From positions 320,001 to 384,000 of the forward strand of contig CAWHWX010000016.1 in the NCBI GenBank assembly GCA_963833125.1: DNA of 64,000 nt. The letters run 5' to 3'. The DNA is from Candidatus Bathyarchaeota archaeon. Its GTDB lineage: Archaea > Thermoproteota > Bathyarchaeia > 40CM-2-53-6. Position 1 is the first letter of the stretch, and every line of letters starts with the position of its first letter. Made by a program: the position numbers and the translations under genes. The notes under the pieces were generated by a model that saw nothing but the letters and a program-made list of their open reading frames with translations, was not told where the DNA came from and did no database searches. Below, piece after piece: positions 9,069-21,144 of the stretch.

Positions 9069-9506
9069 TTGACGATGAAGAAGAGTAGTTCCCAAGGAGT
9101 CGAATCTGCATCTCGACTGATAGATGCGAGAATCCAGGAGCTAGGCGACTGGCGCGGAGAGATGCTTTCCCGCCTCCGCGCTTTGATCAAGCAAGCCGAC
9201 CCCAACGTGGTCGAGGAGGTGAAATGGAGGAAGCTAACGAACCCTGCCGGGGTTCCGGTATGGTCCCACGACGGGATTATTTGCACCGGCGAGACCTACA
9301 AGAACCATGTGAGGCTGACCTTCGCCAAGGGAGCTTCTCTCAAGGACCCGAAAGGCGTCTTCAACGCCAGCCTCGAAGGCAACGCCATGCGCGCAATAGT
9401 AATCCATGAGGGAGACGAGATTGACGAGAAGGCTTTCAAGATTCTCGTTCGCGCCGCCGTTTCTTTGAACACGTCTTCGGCCAGAAGCAGAGAGCGTCAT
9501 ACCTAG
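9069..9506 (+). CDS. DUF1801 (YdhG-like) protein
   Basis: DWRGEML, EEVKW..GVPVWSHDG, LTFAKGASLKDP. Confidence 0.88.
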   Translation: MTMKKSSSQGVESASRLIDARIQELGDWRGEMLSRLRALIKQADPNVVEEVKWRKLTNPAGVPVWSHDGIICTGETYKNHVRLTFAKGASLKDPKGVFNASLEGNAMRAIVIHEGDEIDEKAFKILVRAAVSLNTSSARSRERHT

Positions 9507-9711
9507 AGGCAGCTAAGTCGCTGGTGGGCGACCTCACTTGGGCGCCTCCGAACGGATTGACAAGGAGATCTGGCCCTCCGACTGAAGGGGAGTACATGAC
9601 TGAGGGGGATATACTGGCTGGGATCCGTATCCCACCTGTCCCACCATATCACTCCAATTTCAGTAAATGTGTAGCATTGAACTCGCCGGCCTTCGCAAGC
9701 CAATGATCGCT

Positions 9712-10410
9712 CTATTTGTTCAACGAAAGAAAGGCGTTTACCAGTTCTACCGGTTTGGTTATCATCGGCCAGTGCCCTGATTCTATGACCTTGTGGGGGC
9801 CGTCTAGCTTTCCCCACTTTCCTTTCAGGATCTCGTCGACGGGGTCGCCGCCTCCGGTGCAGAATATGTAAGCACTCTTCACGGAATCAAAATTCTTTGA
9901 TAGGGTTATCGGTTCGCTCGAGTGTTTCATGGGCCAGGGCGTTGACTTGGACAGCATCCATTCGCGGTCTGCACCCTGAACATCCTTTCCGATATTGTCA
10001 AGGATTTCCGCGGTTAGAGGGATCGCCCACTCACCTGGCTTGAGACCTCCAAACTCATTGGGATCGAAGCCCCCTTGCGGTGTCCTGACCTTCTGGGGCC
10101 GGAACGCGTCCAAGTAAAGAATCATCCTCACTTTCTCGGGTGCACGGTCTGCTACAGCCCCAACGACCTTACCGGCGAAGCTGTGACCCACCAGCACGAA
10201 ATCGCGGAGGTCATTGTATTTGATCACGTTCAGAACGTCTTGAACTGCGGTCTCAATGCCAACGTCCTTGGAAGCGAGGTGAACTCTTTCTCCCATACCG
10301 GTCAAGGTGACCGGATATGCTTCGTGCCCTTCCTCCTCTATTAGGGGTGTAACCTTCTTCCAGGCCCACCCTCCCAACCAAGCACCCGGGACGAGCACAA
10401 ACACAGTCAT
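9712..10410 (-). CDS. Alpha/beta hydrolase (esterase)
   Basis: PGAWLGGW, GHSFAG nucleophile elbow, SGHWPM. Confidence 0.88.
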   Translation of the reverse strand: MTVFVLVPGAWLGGWAWKKVTPLIEEEGHEAYPVTLTGMGERVHLASKDVGIETAVQDVLNVIKYNDLRDFVLVGHSFAGKVVGAVADRAPEKVRMILYLDAFRPQKVRTPQGGFDPNEFGGLKPGEWAIPLTAEILDNIGKDVQGADREWMLSKSTPWPMKHSSEPITLSKNFDSVKSAYIFCTGGGDPVDEILKGKWGKLDGPHKVIESGHWPMITKPVELVNAFLSLNK

Positions 10411-10456
10411 ATCGAAATCGACACCTGAGTGTTAGACCCGAACCAGCTGTATGAAG

Positions 10457-10833
10457 TTACGCCCCGTATCCCTTCTTCCTTAGATTTTCCTTAACTCGAA
10501 AGGTTACGATTTTTCTCACTAAATCGTATGGAATCGGCTTTTCGATGGGAAATTGCACCGAGCCTTTTGCGGTTTTGTATGGCGATAATTCCTTTTTGAA
10601 TTCGTCAATGCCTGAGGATGTGGGATAAAACCCAATATGTTTTTTGAATGCTGCAAACCACACTACGTTGCCGTTTAGTTTGAATGTGGGTATTTGATAG
10701 CTAATCGCTTCAATAGCTCCAGGTGCCGCTTTTCTGATTGTTTTCCTCAATTTTTCTAGAATACCTTGAACATTCTTCGGATAGGATTTGATGTACTCAT
10801 CTACCGTTTCGACTTGTTTCTTGCGGTGGACAT
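10457..10833 (-). CDS. DUF1801/iron chaperone-like protein; N-terminal frameshift
   Basis: TVDEYIKSYP..LRKTIRKAAP..EAISYQIPTF..HIGFYP; ATG at 10833 is one base out of frame. Confidence 0.8.
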
Positions 10834-11174
10834 AAATTTGGTTTAGAGAATTGTAGATAATTAAGCTTCGTTGATCTTCGAGTTTAGTTTCTTAGCTTTC
10901 AGCCTTCAAGAAGTTGGAAACTATTCCATTCTACCCGAAGGATAAGCGTTGATGATACTGAGGGCACGCCGGTGCGTGTTGATCTTGCGGCTTATTTTTG
11001 GAAGATGAAGACCAATCGAGTAAGCGGGATAACGACAGTTTGGGCTAGCGAAGTCAGTAAGATAATTCCTGAAGCTTCGTCCAAGGCAGAATCACGCTAA
11101 TCCTATGAGAAAACCATTTTAGGTGTTCACGCGTCCTGAAAGACATGTCCATGTGAAATGGGATGGTTTAGATG

Positions 11175-11670
11175 ATGTCCAGACCTGTGCAGGGTAATGT
11201 ATTTCAAATAAATGTAAAGCCAGAGACAGATGGGGCGCGGGGTATTCCAAAATTACCGACTCCGCAGCACACGAGTTACCAGATCTGGGTTGGATGGCGA
11301 CTTCAATCGGTGGAGGCATGAGGAGGCTCAGGATAATTTAGCGATGGCGGTTCTACTCATGCCCTTGGAGACCATTGAGGAACTCCAAAAGGAGGGTTGG
11401 CCCCTCAAACCGGGAGATATAGGCGAGAATTTCACAACCCAAGGAATTCCATATAATTCATTCGCGCCTGGAAAACATTATCGAATCGGAGAGGCCGTGA
11501 TCACTATTACCAAACCCTGTGACCCCTGCAGCTTCCTATACTCACTCCCAAACATCGCAAAGGACAAAGACATTGTCAAAGCCATGTACAACAGGAGGGG
11601 CTGGTATGCCAGTGTGGAAAACGAAGGATGGGTCGCGAAAGGCGATTCAATAGCGGAAGTAATCAGTTGA
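11175..11670 (+). CDS. MOSC-domain protein; frameshift near 11265
   Basis: QINVKP..GIPKLP then GLDGD, PGDIGENFT, KPCDPC, RRGWYA. Confidence 0.82.
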
Positions 11671-11821
11671 CCAGTTCCTAAACGACACGCTTTTCGTCTC
11701 GTAGTAAGGGCGGCGTTTTTTTAGAAGCAATTGAAAGATGGAAAGTTCGATTTCAGGGACTTGTAACTCTGTGTTTCACGTTATATCGATGCGATTGCTA
11801 GTGTGTGGTATGTGATTTCGC

Positions 11822-12802
11822 GTGGTCACTGATCGGTACGTGGTGGGTGTTGACGGAGGAGCAACAAAAACACTGGCTATGATTGGAACGGCAGCAGGAA
11901 AAGTTCTTGGAAGAGGAGTCGGGGGCTCCTCAAACCATCACAACATAGGCGAGCTTGCATCAAGTAAAGCCATCAGGGCCGCTGTTGCTAACGCAAAGAA
12001 GCAGGCAGGTCTCGCTAGGCGGAAAGCAGCCATGGCGATTGTCGCTTTGGCAGCAGTTGACTCTACTGAGGACTTTCGTGTTGCTCGGCGTTTTGTTCGA
12101 CGCGCAAATGTCGCTGAAGAAAGCCTAGTGATTCATGACTCGGTAGCTGCTCTGTACGCTGCAACTCAAGGAAGACCTGGAATAGTGGTGAACTCGGGCA
12201 CAGGATGCTTTGCAGCTGGAGTCAACCACGCTGGCGAATATGTTAGGATTGGAGGGTGGGGATACTTGATAGACGATAAAGGAAGCGGGTTCGACATTGG
12301 AATGAGCGCGATCACCATGGCCTTCAGAATGATGGATGGACGCACACCGCCCACCAAGCTACCGACTCTTCTGAAACGTAGACTGGGAGTGAAGATGTTC
12401 GATGAAATTCTCGATAACATCTACGCGAATAAACTGAGTGTTGAGGATATTGCTCGCCTGGCTCCGTTAGTATCTAAGGCAGCGAGCAACGATAGGATCT
12501 GCAGACGAATCTTGAATGCGGCAGGGACGTCACTTGCCGAATTAGCCATCACAGCAGCGAGGCGTCTGAAGATGACGAACCGCCCATTTCAGCTTGCTAC
12601 GGTTGGGGGAGGCTTCAGATCCGGCCGTTATCTTCTCGAACCCTTCACCTCCACCGTCAAAAACGAATGCCCTCATGCACGTTTCGTAACTCTAAGAGAT
12701 GAACCGGCTAGGGCAGCATACCTGATTGCCACGAAACTAGCACAGTATGGCCTCAAGGGTCTCCCGCGCAATGATCGATGGCTAGTCCGGCTTGTCAACT
12801 GA
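11822..12802 (+). CDS. BadF/BcrA-family sugar kinase (GlcNAc kinase-like)
   Basis: GVDGGATKT, NSGTG, RIGGWGYLIDDKGSG. Confidence 0.88.
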   Translation: MVTDRYVVGVDGGATKTLAMIGTAAGKVLGRGVGGSSNHHNIGELASSKAIRAAVANAKKQAGLARRKAAMAIVALAAVDSTEDFRVARRFVRRANVAEESLVIHDSVAALYAATQGRPGIVVNSGTGCFAAGVNHAGEYVRIGGWGYLIDDKGSGFDIGMSAITMAFRMMDGRTPPTKLPTLLKRRLGVKMFDEILDNIYANKLSVEDIARLAPLVSKAASNDRICRRILNAAGTSLAELAITAARRLKMTNRPFQLATVGGGFRSGRYLLEPFTSTVKNECPHARFVTLRDEPARAAYLIATKLAQYGLKGLPRNDRWLVRLVN

Positions 12803-12984
12803 GACGTCACCCGTGGGAACTTTCGCTGATTGCGACGAATGCAAAAAAGACGTCGCAAATCGTTGAGCTTATTATCAATCTTCGTCTGTTAACTGTCGAG
12901 TCTTATGATGAAGCTCGCCTGAAAATGATGATAACTGAGTCCAGTAAGATGTGTAGGAAGTAAACAGGGTCAGCAGGCCGTTCC

Positions 12985-14046
12985 TTGCAGCATAATATGT
13001 TAAGGGAGATTCACGAGCAACCTAAAGCCGTAGGCGATACGCTACGAGAAGAATTCAAGAAAGCACGAACAGTCCTGCAAGAATTGGATGCTCCCAAGAT
13101 TTCCATGGTTTACTTCACAGGGAGTGGGACCAGTTATCATGCCTGCTTGGCTGCAAACTACGCGCTATCCGCCTTGACAAGGATTTCCTCCACCACCCTC
13201 CCCGCTTCAGAGTTCTCATCCTGGGTCAAGCAAAACGTACAAACAAATACAGTCGTGGTCGCACTCTCGCAATCCGGAGAGAGCGTTGACGCCTTAGCCG
13301 CCGTTAAATCCGCGGCTGCCGCCGGCATGAGGACAATCAGCATAACCAATGCAGATCAAAGTAGCTTAGCTAAGCAAACAGAATTCCAACTATTTGGGCG
13401 GGCGGGAGAGGAGAAGGCTTTGGCTGCGACCAAGAGTTACACAGCCACGTTGGCTGCGGCTTACGCACTGGTCGTCGAGTTGGCTCGAAGTATCATCCCG
13501 ACTTCCGAGAACATCGAGCTTATGGAACGAGGTTTGCGAAATGCAGCAGACCAAATACAACTTACCTTAACCCTCAGCGAAGATCGAGCTAGGTCCCTTG
13601 CGTCAAAGTTCGCTGACAAGCAATTGCATTTCATGCTTGGAAGCGGCCCCAATTATCCTACTGCCATGGAGGGTGCCCTAAAGTTGAAAGAATGCTGTAA
13701 CCTCTACGCGGAAGGGTTTGCTACTCGAGAGTTTCTGCATGGGCCTATGCAGCTGGTAGATTCTCGGACGCCAGTCTTCTTACTCCAAGGTCCCAATGAA
13801 GGCGAACAAGTGGCTCAGCTGGGAAAGAGTTTCCTCAAGTTCGGTGCTCCAACGGTAGTGATAAAACGTGAGGACGGGGAAGGTATGGCAGAGGGTTTCG
13901 ACATTATTTGCGTCGCTCCAGACATCGAGGAAGTATTCTCTCCGCTGGTATACGTCATTCCGCTTCAACTGTATGCATTTTACTCAGCTTTGGAGAGAGG
14001 ACTTAACCCAGATAGTCCGATCAAGCTAACGAAGGTAGTGAAATGA
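12985..14046 (+). CDS. Double-SIS protein (GlmS isomerase domain/FrlB/GlmD-like)
   Basis: MLREIHEQP, GSGTSYHA, SQSGES, EGALKLKE, EFLHGP; no glutaminase domain. Confidence 0.9.
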   Translation: MQHNMLREIHEQPKAVGDTLREEFKKARTVLQELDAPKISMVYFTGSGTSYHACLAANYALSALTRISSTTLPASEFSSWVKQNVQTNTVVVALSQSGESVDALAAVKSAAAAGMRTISITNADQSSLAKQTEFQLFGRAGEEKALAATKSYTATLAAAYALVVELARSIIPTSENIELMERGLRNAADQIQLTLTLSEDRARSLASKFADKQLHFMLGSGPNYPTAMEGALKLKECCNLYAEGFATREFLHGPMQLVDSRTPVFLLQGPNEGEQVAQLGKSFLKFGAPTVVIKREDGEGMAEGFDIICVAPDIEEVFSPLVYVIPLQLYAFYSALERGLNPDSPIKLTKVVK

Positions 14047-14732
14047 TGACCAGAGTGAAGGCGGTCTTATTCGGAATCGACGATGTTCTCTACGACGCCA
14101 CGTTCCAGACGACTAATGCGAGGTTAAGCGCCGTCAGAGCGATGATCCAGGCGGGTCTCCCTGTTGACCTGGAGACGGGATATCGAACGCTTGAGGAAAT
14201 CGTGAAGGAGCTTGGGTCCGACAACACGAAGCACTTTGATAGGCTAATGGAGAAACTTGGCTTGAAGTGGAATCCAAGCGTTGTCGCTGCTGGAGTTGTG
14301 GCTTACCGTGAAACTAATCCGATCTACCTCAAGCCATACCCGGACACTATGCCTACAATCCTACGACTTAGGGACCTGGGAGTTAAAGTTGGATGCGCTT
14401 CTGGTGGCAAATCGGTAAAGCAATGGCAGAAACTCGTTAGCCTAGGACTACAGTATTGCTTCCACGCCGTTGTAATCTCAGAAGATCTGGGATTGAATAC
14501 GTTCAATAAAGAAGTCATTGAAAAGACCGTGAACTTGCTCGGCGTCCCGGGTCCTGAGACCTTCTATGTCGGCACTAACCCGAAGACAGAGCTCGCAGTT
14601 GCGGACGATGCCCATCTAATCCCAGTTCGTCTTCGCAAAGGAGATTCGCGATCAGAGAAAACCATTGAATCTAAGGCTCGGCACGAGGTCGACAAACTTT
14701 CGGAGATTTTGGAGCTAACTGAAAGCCTCTAG
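14043..14732 (+). CDS. HAD-like protein (TIGR02253-like) with degenerate catalytic motifs
   Basis: FGIDDVLY, AAGVVAY, KQWQKL; motif I Asp replaced by Gly. Confidence 0.8.
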   Translation: MMTRVKAVLFGIDDVLYDATFQTTNARLSAVRAMIQAGLPVDLETGYRTLEEIVKELGSDNTKHFDRLMEKLGLKWNPSVVAAGVVAYRETNPIYLKPYPDTMPTILRLRDLGVKVGCASGGKSVKQWQKLVSLGLQYCFHAVVISEDLGLNTFNKEVIEKTVNLLGVPGPETFYVGTNPKTELAVADDAHLIPVRLRKGDSRSEKTIESKARHEVDKLSEILELTESL

Positions 14733-15847
14733 AGTTTCAGATGTTTTCTCAAATCTCTGACTCTCTTCAATCTGAGAGCTGGGTCTGTCAAAAAGTCAGC
14801 AATGTCTGAAACGGTTGAGTAAACACGTTTAGAGTAGCTGGCATACCGACCAGCAACGGCGTTCGCGAAGAGTAACCCCTCTTCTTCCGTCAAACCTAAA
14901 GCATCTGCTATCATGATTCCTGCATTCCAGGAGTCCCCTGCCCCAGTTCCGCGCCTTGGCACGATTGCAAAAGCCGGAACGAGAGTAACCTGGTCCTCTA
15001 TAATTGAAGCTGAATAGTCAGCTGTGTGAAGGTAGATTTTCGCTCCAGTATTAGCACTAATCACTTTTCCGGCGGCTAAGACGGCATTGTCCGATCGTCC
15101 TCGTAATTTGTGTCCATACAGCCTTGCGAAGATCAAAGCCTCATTCTCGTTTACACCCCAAATGTCTATCAATTCATTCCGCAAAACCCTCCTATTGAGG
15201 TCAGAGAGATCCCTTATCCTAGGCCGTGGGTCCGAAGAATCAAAGAAAGTACGCGCTCTCGAATGCGTGCGGCAGTATTCGAAAACCTTCTCGGCTAGCT
15301 CCGTTCCTTTCTTATTGTACAGCCAATTGAAAACACAGACATAACGAGCCTTAGTGATTATGGCGAGATCATCTGAATCCAGATCCTCAAAACTAAATGG
15401 CGTGATGTTTGAAGCGTCACCCAGCATAATGTTGGTTGAACTATTCCGATTCCGAAGCTCGAGAATAATCGTAGGTGAGAGAGTTCCAGTTAGTTTGATT
15501 CTGGTAAGATCGACCTTAGGCGTTTCGTAAAAGTATCGCATTAACCGTAATCCAAGAGCATCTGTCTTCATTAGCGGATGAACCTTGGCGCCTAAGTTTG
15601 CGAGCGCAATTGTGCATATTGCCGCGTTTCCTCCAACTTCCAATGTTTGTGGAACATTAGAGATCTCGCCACCACCCCTTCCTGCAGCCGACAAGATTCT
15701 CCTCGTAAGGTATCGTGCATCGAAGTCACAGGACGATGAGTGATCTAAGAAGAAGTCAGGCATCGCAACAACATCCAAATCGACCTCTGCATTCTCTAAC
15801 TTCGCAAGTAATCTTTGACGAAGATCTTCAAAATGCGACGTTGTCAT
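14729..15847 (-). CDS. PfkB-family carbohydrate kinase
   Basis: MPDFFLD, GGNA, NENE, GTGAGDSWNAG. Confidence 0.88.
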   Translation of the reverse strand: MTTSHFEDLRQRLLAKLENAEVDLDVVAMPDFFLDHSSSCDFDARYLTRRILSAAGRGGGEISNVPQTLEVGGNAAICTIALANLGAKVHPLMKTDALGLRLMRYFYETPKVDLTRIKLTGTLSPTIILELRNRNSSTNIMLGDASNITPFSFEDLDSDDLAIITKARYVCVFNWLYNKKGTELAEKVFEYCRTHSRARTFFDSSDPRPRIRDLSDLNRRVLRNELIDIWGVNENEALIFARLYGHKLRGRSDNAVLAAGKVISANTGAKIYLHTADYSASIIEDQVTLVPAFAIVPRRGTGAGDSWNAGIMIADALGLTEEEGLLFANAVAGRYASYSKRVYSTVSDIADFLTDPALRLKRVRDLRKHLKL

Positions 15848-15939
15848 TGAAGAAGACTGAATACCACTTCCACTGGGTTCTATAAAGAACCAGTCCACCC
15901 TGTAGACAGATTGCAAACTTTGGGAGGAAGGGCGGATTC

Positions 15940-16985
15940 GTGTCCAGAACCAACATGTACTTCTTCGAGAGATACGCGAACAACCAGGTGCAATACGCAA
16001 GTCAGTCGGAGCCGAGAGACACGAAATTAATCAAATAGCACATCTGCTGCAGAGGCGAATCCATTTCATGGGAATGGGCTCATCATACTTTGCCTCTCTG
16101 TACGCTAACTACTTGTTTGCAGAGCTGATTCATAGCACGCCAGTGAACTATCTTGCGTCTGAGTTCATCCACTACCCATCCACGATCCCAACAAACGAGA
16201 TTATCCTCGCATTATCTCAATCAGGCGAGAGTATAGAGACGGTCAAAGCAGTTCAAAGCCTGAAGAAGAAGGGTAACGTCGTCATTGCGGTAACTAACGA
16301 GCCCAGAAGCACTCTAGCGAGACTCAGCGACCGAGTTCTCCTGACCCATGCCGAAAAGGAGAGGGCGAGTTCTACCAAAACCTTTGCATCAACTTTGGCA
16401 ATCCTCTATTGCCTCATCGCCTCGATCGCCGCGCAGAGCGGGCAGATCAGCGAGAGAAAGCGGGATATCCTTTTTGAAAAGTTATTGCAAATGACTCGGA
16501 CAATGGATGAACGCATGGAGTCTTGGAGCCAGAAAGCAAAACACCGTGCGATCAAACTACTCAACTGCGAGGCAGCTATGATACTCGGACGTGGACCAAA
16601 TCTACCTGCAGCACTTCAAGGCGCCCTTCTCCTGAAAGAGGTGACAAAGTTCCCTGCTGAAGGTATGTCGTCAGGCGAGTTTGCTCATGGACCCATCGAG
16701 GCCATTTCTAAGAAAATCAGTGTAGTCGTTCTGGGCGGGGGGCGAACTTCAAAGCTTCAAAACAGAGTTGCACTCCGTTCGAAGAGCTTGCATGCGAAAG
16801 TTCTCATGATTGCACCACACGAAGTTAGAAATATGGATTCAATAAGTTACGGTGAAACCGATGAAGACCTAGCGGTATTCCCTTGCGCAGCATTGCTCGA
16901 GCTTCTCGCGTACCATGCTGCAATTAGAAAGGGATTGAACCCGGATCAATTCAACGTCATCCACAAGGTAACAAGACGAGAGTAG
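15940..16985 (+). CDS. Double-SIS protein; start obscured by probable frameshift
   Basis: LLREIREQP upstream of track ORF, GMGSSY, SQSGES, LLLKE, EFAHGP. Confidence 0.85.
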
Positions 16986-17934
16986 TTGGTTATGGAGACC
17001 TCTGGCCTCGTCGCCTTCGGCGAAGTGGCTCTTGATATCATTCTTGCGGGAGTCGATAAGGTCCCGAGACGTTGGTCTATCCTTGGAACTACAAGGGCCG
17101 CTTGTGCTGTATCAGCTGGAAGTGCTGGGTACGTTGCGCAATGCTTCGCTAAACTTGGAGGTCGCGCCTCCATCCTCGGGAAGATAGGCAACGATAACGT
17201 TGGGCGACTGGTGTTAGATGGATTCGATCGTTGCGGTGTATCCACTAAAGAATTAATCATCGACAGGGAAGCGGAGACTGAGATATCCACGGTCTTCTTG
17301 TACAACGACGGCAACAAGTCGTCAGTGGTTTCAAATATTCTACCCATAGGGCCATACGAGTTCAATAAAAATGGTCTTACCAATGGCAGAGCGTTCCATT
17401 TTGCGGGATACTTACTCTACCCAAACCTATGGGGTAAACGTGCGATCACCCTATTCAAAACGGTGAAGAATCAGGGACTTTTGGTGTCCGCAGATCCTCA
17501 GATGAGTGCCACTGGGGATTGGAGCCGACCCTTCCAAGGTACCCTTGAGCATCTGGACGTGCTCCTTCTAGATGAAGAGGAGGCTAGACGGATTTCTCGA
17601 AGAAACCGTATACCGGATGCAATTGAGAAGTCTTCTGAGAAAGGGGCCCCGAATCGTGGCGGTCAAATCAGGTCGAAGAGGCTGTACCGTGGGGTTCGGA
17701 GACCGGATTCGGAGAATCAAGGCCTACGAGGTGAATAGCATTTCAACGATTGGTGCAGGAGATGCATTCGACGCCGCATTCATCTATGGCTCCCTCAAGA
17801 ACTGGAGCGTTGAGAAGACCGCTTGCTTTGCGAATGTTGTAGCAGCAATCAGCACAACCCAATACGGATGCATGACTGCAATACCCAGAGCGAAGACGGC
17901 GGAAAGAATTTCGCAAGCGTATTATCGCGATTAA
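16986..17934 (+). CDS. PfkB-family carbohydrate kinase; frameshift near 17628
   Basis: AGSAG, GKIGND..G, STIGAGDAFDA. Confidence 0.85.
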
Positions 17935-17990
17935 CTATGGAAATGTTAATACCGTAACCGGTTCGGAAGTTTGAGCTGAGGCATTTTGTT

Positions 17991-18165
17991 ATGATAGATG
18001 TTCATGTTCACCCGATGCTCGTGAAGGAATTGACCGACAGCCGACCAGCGCTATTACAGGATGCTAGGGAACTATTCGATTTACGAACTGGTCCCCAACC
18101 ATTGTCTACGCTACTGGATGAAATGGATGTCTGCAAGATCGACTATTCAGTGCTAAACCTAGCCT
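17991..18165 (+). pseudogene. N-terminal fragment of an amidohydrolase_2-family protein
   Basis: MIDVHVH..LLDEMD..KIDYSVL, then runs into the convergent SIS gene. Confidence 0.6.
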
Positions 18166-19246
18166 CTATTGTCCGATTTCGGTCGTCACGAATTTCGTTA
18201 GGTTGCGTGGTTGGTCAGGATTTCTGCCATTCTTGACGGAGTAGTAGTACGCGAAGAGTTGCATGGGGATCATGTAGAGTAATGCTGCAAATGTCGATCC
18301 TATGGATTCGGGCATCTCAATCGTTTCCTTGAAGTTTTTCACAATCTCAGGTTCATTTGAGATTGGCGTGACAGTGGCGCCGGTGGCTGCGATCTCTCTG
18401 AGTATCTTGAGTTGTTCCGAGATATTCCTGCCCTTTGGAACCACCGAGATTACCTGTATACCCTTCTCCAGTTCAGCGAAGGGCCCATGTCTGAATTCCA
18501 TCGTGTGATAGGTTTCAGATGCTACATACGATGTCTCACGAAGTTTCAATGCTCCTTCGAGGCAGGACGGCGTAGTTGGCTCCTGAGCCGAGGTAAATGA
18601 AACGAGAAGCATTTGCTGATTCCGCGCTTGTTTTTACACGATCCTCAACGGTAGAAATGACTTCCTCAGCATCATTCGGTAGAGTGGCCAATTCATTTTC
18701 AAAACGGGTAGGATCGGGGGTTTTTCCGCGAAGTTTCGCGAACTCGATGCCTAGGAGGGTGCAGCAGAGGGCGCCTCCTGTGAATGTCTTAGTCATTATA
18801 ATGCTCTGCTCATTTGACACTCCAGTATCTAAGCTGAATTCGCATTCTTTACTCATCGTACTAGAGGGATCGGATGTCACCGCGATCGTAGGGATTTTTG
18901 CTTTAACGGCTTTTCTTATGGCTTCCACGGATTCGGAAGTCTTGCCGGATCGCGAAAGTGAAATTAGAATCGAGGAGGAGACGGCGGCGGGACCTGGCGC
19001 GTACCACACGAACTCGGATGACGGAACTGCGTGACCATCTAGCCCCAGAAGATAATCATAGTAGAAGGCGGGAATCATCGCAGCATAGTATGACGAACCA
19101 CATCCAGTGAGGAAAAATGTTGATGGATGGTTTCGGTTCCAAGCTGTCTGGGCGATCTGCTGGATCCGTGGCCTAGTAGCGCTCAATATTTTCTTGAACG
19201 CTTCTGGTTGCTCCCGAATTTCACTTAACATGTGATAATTGTTCAT
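18166..19246 (-). CDS. Double-SIS protein; frameshift near 18565
   Basis: MLSEIREQP, GCGSSY, SRSGKT, EGALKLRE, EFRHGP. Confidence 0.87.
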
Positions 19247-19310
19247 CTGGAAATCCCCGAGACCTTACTTCTGGGTATTATTGAGCATATGTAATGCTTA
19301 CCGAAAATGC

Positions 19311-20022
19311 TCAGAGCGATTTATGCTGGGAATTCAAGCCCAGCCCAGCAAGCAATTGCTTGGTCGGTTTCAGGTTTCGGTAAACCTGCTTCGCCCCTGC
19401 CTCGTGCAGCTCGCGCAGGGAGAACCCGCTGCTTGCGATGCCAATCGAGGTGGCTTCGGAAGCGTTCGCAGCTGCAATGTCACGAGGTGTATCGCCGACA
19501 ATCATTACCCTCATGCTCGTGGACAACGAATATTTCTCAACGCAAGAATCAACGGCATCCGCCACTAATCTTGCGCGGTCAAAATAATGGTCAGCGCAGT
19601 AAAACTCCGAAAAGTACGATACGATCTCAGCTCGAGTCAATTTTTCCTTAGCGATCCGCTCGAGGTTCCCCGTAAGAACACCAACAACGTGCACGGGCGA
19701 CTTGACCAGAGACGGTAACAGTTCTCTTACACCGATGTTCAGCTCTATCGTCTTATCCATCTCTACGTACAGTTCACTCATACGCGCGAGCACTTTGGGA
19801 ACGAAATAGTCAATCTCTTCATTAGTCAATCCAAGTTCGTTCAGGAGTATTTCTGCAGATCTGCGGATCAACCATGCCCGCGAATCGTCCGGGAGATACC
19901 TGAGGAGTGCGACCGACAACATCCCGTATGGCATCTGAGTAGCGATGCCTCTCATCGTCTTCAGCCACCACGCTTGAGAGTAGGGTGCCATCTATATCGA
20001 AGAGGACCGCATACTCTACCAA
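19311..20022 (-). CDS. HAD-family phosphatase; frameshift near 19850
   Basis: LFDIDGTL, LTGN, VGDTPRD. Confidence 0.85.
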
Positions 20023-20105
20023 TAATCTCGCACCCCAATAACCAAATGAAACGCGAACATTCGAACCGGGCTACGGCTGTCACTTGTCGTTAATGTTATA
20101 TTTGG

Positions 20106-21060
20106 TTGAAGTCAGGAACTCCCTCGACCACTTTGAATCCTCGCATAGGAATGTGCTGGCTGTACGCAATTACAAAGTATGGGTACGTAATGAGCCTAGA
20201 TGACATCTACAAAGCGTTTGAGGATGCACGAAGGCTCGGCTTCAACTTATTCGAGATGGAAGGCGTCGGCGGTCCACAGCTGCACACCGAATCGGAAAAC
20301 AAAGCGACAATAAAAAAACGAGTTAATGAGGCCGGGCTTAAGATTGTGAATTTCGTACCCGTACTTCCAGATCTGACGAGTACTGATGAAGTAAAGAGGA
20401 AGGCCGCGTTAGCCGATTTCCGATTGGGTTGCGAAATTGCGGACTTCTTAGAGGCTGATATGGTAGAACTGGACTCGTACTACGCTCCCTTCTACGACAT
20501 CAAGCCTTACGACATATCTCGTGACTTTAGTTACGCCTATCAACCTCCGAAAATGAAAGTTGAACCCGGTTTCGATTTTTGGAAGTATTTCAAGGAAGTA
20601 GTGGTTGACTCTGTGGCTCAGTGCACTGATTTCGCTGCCAGTCATGGGTTACGCTTGTGCATTGAACCTAGGGTTTGGGAAACGGTCTCCAGCGTCTGGG
20701 GATTAGAACTCCTTATGCTGCGAAGTAAACAGCAATAGTCTGGGGGCAGTCTTCGAAACGGCGCATTTTGCTTGCCAAAGGACGGCCCTCGTTCAGGCTG
20801 CCGAAATGCTGGGCAAGAGAATCTTCTACGTGCACGCAAGTGATTCCGACTATACTAGCGAAGACCACTTAGAGATTGGAAAAGGTCTCATTGATTGGGA
20901 TACCGTCATGAAGGCACTTGAGAAGCAGCATTTTGACGGAGTGTTTGGTATTGACATTGGCGGAAATACTAGAATGCTCGATTCAATAGACGGGATGTAC
21001 TCGAGGTCTCGGACTTACCTCCAAAACGTAATTGCCCGGACTCCGATGACCAAAACCTAA
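20106..21060 (+). CDS. Sugar-phosphate isomerase/epimerase (AP-endonuclease-2 TIM barrel); frameshifted near 20720-20800
   Basis: LCIEP, VHASD, HLEIGKGLIDW. Confidence 0.8.
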
Positions 21061-21144
21061 CCGCGCTTCCCGCTTCAGATATCGAATTATCTGACCTTCA
21101 GTTAGATTTCAACAGGTAAACCATCGCGTGGTCCCGTTTAATAT

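Noticed and set aside
14729-16000. 423-aa N-terminally extended PfkB ORF
   Set aside because: The extension overlaps the divergent SIS gene start; ATG at 15847 is more plausible.
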